Source: Fibrobacteria bacterium (GTDB lineage: Bacteria > Fibrobacterota > Fibrobacteria > UBA11236). Taken from it: a DNA stretch of 64,000 nucleotides. The DNA lies in assembly GCA_017881725.1 (NCBI GenBank), contig JADGQO010000076.1:6190-70189 (forward strand), read 5' to 3'. Of this stretch, positions 58,968-64,000 are shown in pieces. The position numbers and the translations under genes are program-made. Each line of letters begins with the position of its first letter. Position 1 is the first letter of the stretch. Under the pieces are notes generated by a model, which saw only the letters and a program-made list of their open reading frames with translations, had not been told where the DNA came from and ran no database searches.

Positions 58968-60993
58968 GCCAAAACCGCAACCGAAGTCCGTGACGAAAAC
59001 GAATTCCAAACCCGCCGCCAAGCCCAACTCTCCGAAGGCGATTACCCAAGCGGGAACGGCAGATCGAGCCTTATTGAAAGCCCTTGCCAAAGGCGCGGCT
59101 TCTAAACCGACACCCAAACCCACTCCCAAAGCCGAACCAAAAAAACCGGTCTCGGTTCCGGTGGCTAAGCCCAAATCCGCACCGGCCAAGGAAAAAGCGC
59201 TTCCGGCCCCGGCCCAACGCACACAATCACTGGCCGCCCCCACGAGTTCGCGCCCGGCGATTCATGCCGTGGTGGAAAACCTTCAGCCCGTCATCGACGG
59301 AGGCCGCTTTCCGGCCAAAGCCGTTCCTGGCGAAATGATTACGGTGACAGCGGATATTTTCCGTGACGGACATGACAAATGCGAGGCCACCTTGTTGGTG
59401 CGCAAGGCCGGGGCAACCGGATGGTTGCGCTCCCCCATGGTTTTCGTCGACAACGATTCCTGGCAAGGGACTTTCTCCGCCGGAAAGCCGGGAGCTTATG
59501 AATTTACGGTAGAGGCCCGGACCTTGGGGCATGGCGGTTCCGATGCGCCCGCCTATCCGGACGTTCCCTGCCTCTACGCGCCGGTTGCGACGCTGCGCGT
59601 GGATTCCGCGCTGGCTGAATACAGCGCTTGGTATGAAATGTGGGCCCGATCCCAGGGAACGGATCCCAACCGCAGCGCCACCTTCGCGGAAATGACAGCG
59701 CGCCTGCCGGAGATTCAGGACTTGGGTTTCGATGTCATTTACTTGCCGCCCATCCACCCCATCGGCGTCACCAAACGGAAGGGCGCCGATAATACTCTGA
59801 CCGCGCAGCCCGGCGAACCCGGTTGTCCTTATGCCATCGGCAACCAGTTCGGCGGACACAAAGCCGTCGATCCGGAATTGGGCTCCACGCCCGCGAAAGC
59901 CTTGCCCGAGTGCCGGGCATTCATTCAAACCTGCCGCAAGCAAGGCTTCGCCGTTGCCCTGGATTTCGCGCTGAATTGTTCCCCGGATCACCCGTACGTC
60001 AAAGCGCATCCCGATTGGTATTATCGCGAAATGAACGGCACCATCAAATGCGCCGAAAATCCTCCCAAACGTTATGAGGACGTTTATCCCCTCAATTTCT
60101 TTTGCGAAGACCGTGACGCCTTATGGACGGAAATCAAGTCCATCGTCGAATTTTGGATGGGCATGGGCATCACGATTTTCCGCGTCGATAATCCCCATAC
60201 CAAGCCTTTCGCGTTCTGGGAATGGCTGATCGCCGACATTAAACGGCAAGACCCCTCCATCCTTTTCCTTTCGGAAGCGTTTACGCGTCCCAAGGTCATG
60301 AAGCGTCTGGCCAAGGTCGGATTCGACCTGTCCTACACGTATTTCACCTGGCGCATCACCGCCGCTGAGTTGCGCGAGTATGTGGAAGAGCTGGCGCAAT
60401 CGCCCGCGAAAGAATTCATGAAGCCGATTTTCTTCCCGACCACGCCGGATATCCTCCCCTTGCATTTGCAGAACGCGCCGCGCGAGATGTTCATGATCCG
60501 CTTCGCCCTGGCGGCCACCTTGGTAGGTGCCTACGGCATGTACAACGGATATGAGCTTTGCGATAACGCTCCCGTCCCGGGTAAGGAAGAGTTTTTACAT
60601 TCGGAAAAATACCAGTACAAGGTTTGGGACTGGAACAGTCCAGGAAACATCAAGCCGTTCATCCGTAAAATCAACGATATCCGTCGCGAACACCCGGCGA
60701 TGAAAAAGCTGAAGAATATCCGTTTTCACGACTGCAATAACCCCCAATTGCTGGCGTACTCAAAATCGGAAGGCGACAATATCCTGCTTTTCATCGTGAA
60801 CCTGGATCCCTACCATAAACAATCGGGAACGGTCAGCCTCAATCTGGAAGCCATGGGAATCGGAGCGGAGAATATTTACGGGCTCTACGATTTGATGACC
60901 CATGAAAGTTATGTCTGGTCCGGACGCAATAATTACGTGGAACTGACTCCCCACAAGGAAGTTTTGCACGCGTTCAAGATTGAGAAATTTTGA
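58954..60993 (+). CDS. glgE: Alpha-1,4-glucan:maltose-1-phosphate maltosyltransferase
   Basis: DIFRDGHD, YLPPIHPIG, AENPPKRYED, FRVDNPHTKP, EAFTRP, SYTYFTWR, TPDILP, SEKYQ. Confidence 0.93.
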   Translation: MPAPKPKPQPKSVTKTNSKPAAKPNSPKAITQAGTADRALLKALAKGAASKPTPKPTPKAEPKKPVSVPVAKPKSAPAKEKALPAPAQRTQSLAAPTSSRPAIHAVVENLQPVIDGGRFPAKAVPGEMITVTADIFRDGHDKCEATLLVRKAGATGWLRSPMVFVDNDSWQGTFSAGKPGAYEFTVEARTLGHGGSDAPAYPDVPCLYAPVATLRVDSALAEYSAWYEMWARSQGTDPNRSATFAEMTARLPEIQDLGFDVIYLPPIHPIGVTKRKGADNTLTAQPGEPGCPYAIGNQFGGHKAVDPELGSTPAKALPECRAFIQTCRKQGFAVALDFALNCSPDHPYVKAHPDWYYREMNGTIKCAENPPKRYEDVYPLNFFCEDRDALWTEIKSIVEFWMGMGITIFRVDNPHTKPFAFWEWLIADIKRQDPSILFLSEAFTRPKVMKRLAKVGFDLSYTYFTWRITAAELREYVEELAQSPAKEFMKPIFFPTTPDILPLHLQNAPREMFMIRFALAATLVGAYGMYNGYELCDNAPVPGKEEFLHSEKYQYKVWDWNSPGNIKPFIRKINDIRREHPAMKKLKNIRFHDCNNPQLLAYSKSEGDNILLFIVNLDPYHKQSGTVSLNLEAMGIGAENIYGLYDLMTHESYVWSGRNNYVELTPHKEVLHAFKIEKF

Positions 60994-60998
60994 CATTA

Positions 60999-61177
60999 GG
61001 GCCTGTTAAGAAATAAGTGGAGCAAAGGAGCCCCCAGATGTGGGTCAGATGGGTTCGATCGGATTGAGCAAAACCTGAGGAATAGCAACGCTATTTCGAT
61101 GGTTTTGCGATTGACGATCGGGCCCAGGTGGCCTGCAGATGGGTGGCGAACTGATTCAGTTATTTCTTAACAGGCCC
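60999..61177. mobile_element. MITE (179 bp) with 18-bp perfect TIRs and TTA target duplication, IS5-family-like
   Basis: GGGCCTGTTAAGAAATAA ... TTATTTCTTAACAGGCCC flanked by TTA on both sides; internal palindrome GCAAAACC..AATAGC-AAC-GCTATT..GGTTTTGC; no transposase. Confidence 0.85.
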
Positions 61178-61335
61178 TTAGCCTGAAATAGTTTCGGCAC
61201 TCCGCACAATTCGTAACCGGCGCCCCTTCGTCGAGCCAATGTGTTGGAACATAATGGGTTAAAAAGTCTTATATTAAGATCTTCAACCTTCCCGGCGAAC
61301 CGTATCGGTCGGTCGGCGTCGCGTATGAGGACGTT

Positions 61336-61644
61336 ATGGATAGCAAGGAAACCAAGGATAGCAAGGAAATCAAACTGGATTGCCCCTGTTGCCGCGCGAC
61401 CTTGATCATCGATGCTGCCACCGGTGGCGTCATCAAATTTTTCCCCCATAAGGAAGAGGCGCCCAGCCTGGAGCAATTCATGAAAGCGGACAAAGACCGC
61501 TCGAAGGATCTCGAGTCCAAATTCGCCGAGGCCAAAAAGCTGGAAGATGGCCGCCTGGACATGTTGAAAAAAAAATTCGAATGGGCCAAAAAGAACAAGG
61601 ACAAGCTCCCGGAAGCGCCCAAGCCCGGCATCATGTGGGACTGA
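61336..61644 (+). CDS. Small hypothetical protein with CPCC motif
   Basis: GAGG RBS; CPCCRATLIIDAATG followed by a charged helix. Confidence 0.75.
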   Translation: MDSKETKDSKEIKLDCPCCRATLIIDAATGGVIKFFPHKEEAPSLEQFMKADKDRSKDLESKFAEAKKLEDGRLDMLKKKFEWAKKNKDKLPEAPKPGIMWD

Positions 61645-61752
61645 TCGCGGGATAAAGCGTAGGTTTCGCCCCGCATTTTTCGCAAGGCGACCCTCACATA
61701 TTTTTGTGATTTTTGTCATATTTACTCTTCAACATATTCCGGATTGGATGAC

Positions 61753-64000
61753 ATGTCAGACGCCTCCACAGCCTTGGAAATCATTCGCTCCGTAGCCCAG
61801 ACCATGCAGGAGTCCGCCTCCACGCAACCGGCCTTGGAAGCGGTGGTCAAGCTGATCTCCGAAAAAATGGAAGTGGACGTCTGTTCCATTTACCTCTACC
61901 AGGGCGAGGATAACCGGCTGGAACTGGCCGCCAGCGAGGGATTGAATCAGGATTCCCGCCGCTTGGTGACCATGACCCCGGGGGAAGGCCTGACGGGCCA
62001 CGTTTTCAGCCAAGGTGAAATCGTCAATATCGCCAATCCCAAAGACGATAAGCGCTACAAGTATTTCCCGAGTCTGGGCGAAGATCGCCTGAATAATTTC
62101 CTGGGCATCCCCATTCCACCGGCACGAAAATTCGGCGCCGGCGTCATGACCCTGCAATCGACCGAAGGCCGGCCCTTTCCGCCCATGGTCGAGGACTTGG
62201 CCTATACCTTGGCGGCGCAACTCGGCTCCCTGCTTGAGAATCGCAGCCTGAAATCCACTTTGCCCGCGGACGTGATGCGCGAACCGACGCCTCCCAAGCA
62301 AGCTCCGCCCTTCGTACGGGCCCAAGTCGCCGTAGGTGGCATCGCCGAAGGACGAGCCGTCATCCTGAAAACCCATCAGGTCTGGGACACCATCATTTTC
62401 ACGGAATGCGGCGACCCGCGCGCGGAAATCGAATTGCTCCACCATGCGCTGGGGTTGGCCCGCAAGGAAAGCGAATGGCTGAAAAAACGCGCCGGGGAAC
62501 TTTTCGCGGAGCTGGACGCGCAAATTTTCGAAGCGCATAAACTGATGCTCTCCGACGAGCATTATATCGGATTGATCGAAAGCTATATCCGCGAGAACAT
62601 GGCCGCGCCCTTCGCGGTCAAACTGGCCACGCGCGAATTGGTGAAGTCCATGTTGGATACCGGCAGCGCCATGCTCGGCAGCCGCGCGGCGGACCTCCGC
62701 GATGTAAGCCTCCGCATTTTGAACGCTTTGGGCGAAGTACAAGAAAACCCCCATGACACCGAAGCCGGGGCGGATATAGAGTCGCATATCGTGGCCGCGG
62801 TGGAACTGCTGCCATCGGATTTGATTTACCTCTCTACGCGGAAAATCTCCGGGATCCTTTGCGAAACCGGCGGCATCACGTCGCATGCGGCAATTCTCGC
62901 GCGCTCCCTCGGGATCCCATGCTTCATGGGCATTCCGGGCCTGACCCAGTATCTGCAAACCGGCACGCGCGTGATCATGGACGGCAACTCCGGACTCATC
63001 TACATCGACCCCGATGTCCATGTACAGCGTGAATATTCCCGGCTTTTGGAAGACTTGGGAACGCGCCAGTTGGAGGTTCCGAATTTCGAAGCCGTCACGC
63101 GCGACGGCCTGCGGGTGCATTTGTCCGGCAACCTCTCCCTGATTTCCGACTTGGAATTGATGGAACAATACGGCATCGAAGGCGTCGGACTGTACCGCTC
63201 CGAATTCTTTTTCATGATCCGCAACCAATTCCCGGATGAGGAAACGCAATACGACATTTACCGCCGCGTCCTGGAGCGTTGCGGCGATCACGGCGCCACT
63301 TTCCGCCTGTTGGACGTAGGCGGTGACAAGCCGCTGAAATATTTCGACTGGGGAAAAGAAGAAAATCCCAGTTTGGGTTGGCGCTCGGTGCGCATGCTGC
63401 TTTCGCGCCCGGACATCCTGCGTCCCCATTTGCGCGCGCTCCTGCGCACGGCGCAGCATGGAAATTTCCGGCTCGTCATACCGATGCTGTCGATGATCAC
63501 CGAATTCCGCGCCATCCAGGCGGAAATCGATTCCGTGCTGGCCGAACTGGAAGCTGAAACCGGCAGCCCTCTGAAGCGCCCGCCCATCGGCGCGATGATC
63601 GAAATCCCCGCCGCCATGATGCAAATCCGCGACTTCGCGAAGGAAGCGGATTTCCTTTCCATCGGCACCAACGATTTGATCCAATACTTATTCGCCATCG
63701 ATCGCGGCAACGAGCGAGTTGCCTCGTATTACCAGCCCTTCCATCCCGCCTTAATCCAGGCCCTGATGCGTATATCCGCCGCCGCCCGCGAATGCGAAAA
63801 ATCCGTCACGGTATGCGGTGAAATGGCTTCGGATCCGCAAGCCCTGCCGCTGTTCCTGGCTTTGGGCATCACCAAATTGTCCATTGCTCCCGCTTCCGCC
63901 GATGCCATCCGTAAGGCTCTGCGTCATTTGGAAGTGCGGGATTGCAAACAACTTCTGGGCCGCATCGCCGTCATGCACACCTCGGAGCAAGTGCGCGCGG
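61753..64000 (+). CDS. ptsP: GAF-containing PEP-protein phosphotransferase (EI-Ntr), runs off the window
   Basis: Translated by hand: GAF (VDVCSIY..LAASEGL), GGITSHAAILARSLGIP phospho-His, GVGLYRSEF, EENPSLGWR, SIGTNDLIQY, CGEMA; absent from the ORF track because it has no stop. Confidence 0.92.
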   Translation, partial: MSDASTALEIIRSVAQTMQESASTQPALEAVVKLISEKMEVDVCSIYLYQGEDNRLELAASEGLNQDSRRLVTMTPGEGLTGHVFSQGEIVNIANPKDDKRYKYFPSLGEDRLNNFLGIPIPPARKFGAGVMTLQSTEGRPFPPMVEDLAYTLAAQLGSLLENRSLKSTLPADVMREPTPPKQAPPFVRAQVAVGGIAEGRAVILKTHQVWDTIIFTECGDPRAEIELLHHALGLARKESEWLKKRAGELFAELDAQIFEAHKLMLSDEHYIGLIESYIRENMAAPFAVKLATRELVKSMLDTGSAMLGSRAADLRDVSLRILNALGEVQENPHDTEAGADIESHIVAAVELLPSDLIYLSTRKISGILCETGGITSHAAILARSLGIPCFMGIPGLTQYLQTGTRVIMDGNSGLIYIDPDVHVQREYSRLLEDLGTRQLEVPNFEAVTRDGLRVHLSGNLSLISDLELMEQYGIEGVGLYRSEFFFMIRNQFPDEETQYDIYRRVLERCGDHGATFRLLDVGGDKPLKYFDWGKEENPSLGWRSVRMLLSRPDILRPHLRALLRTAQHGNFRLVIPMLSMITEFRAIQAEIDSVLAELEAETGSPLKRPPIGAMIEIPAAMMQIRDFAKEADFLSIGTNDLIQYLFAIDRGNERVASYYQPFHPALIQALMRISAAARECEKSVTVCGEMASDPQALPLFLALGITKLSIAPASADAIRKALRHLEVRDCKQLLGRIAVMHTSEQVRA

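Noticed and set aside
61756-63684. 642-aa minus-strand ORF
   Set aside because: Antisense shadow of ptsP, which is on the plus strand and runs off the window

Overview
Bacterial chromosomal window. A Fibrobacterota-like (FCB group) Gram-negative is inferred from the Bacteroidota/Chlamydia-type parE/parC and the FlgD-Ig/'FDLNGR'-type C-terminal domains; this is not verified. Layout: (1) core genes hemB (3' end), an orphan anti-sigma-like gene and parE-parC, with two related heptamer-periodic inverted-repeat elements in the intergenic gaps. (2) A ~32 kb accessory island (~5.3-37.7 kb): dps, a CheB-CheR-PAS hybrid kinase, a receiver-less sigma54 activator, a PAS-LuxR regulator, a PAS-GGDEF cyclase, secreted beta-helix and beta-propeller proteins, wza/wzc and a Wzx/Wzy exopolysaccharide operon. 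Four of its transcription units have GG-N10-GC (sigma54-like) sites, and the priming glycosyltransferase carries a degenerate GGDEF-like domain with an intact RxxD. (3) Methyltransferases, dtd, eno. (4) Uncharacterised secreted proteins with GT32/GT4/DUF2334 glycan enzymes. (5) A degenerate cobS-like gene, rnr, a hybrid kinase, glgM(glgA)-glgE, an IS5-like MITE and ptsP running off the end. No rRNA, tRNA or CRISPR array was recognised. All calls come from reading motifs by eye; no searches were run.
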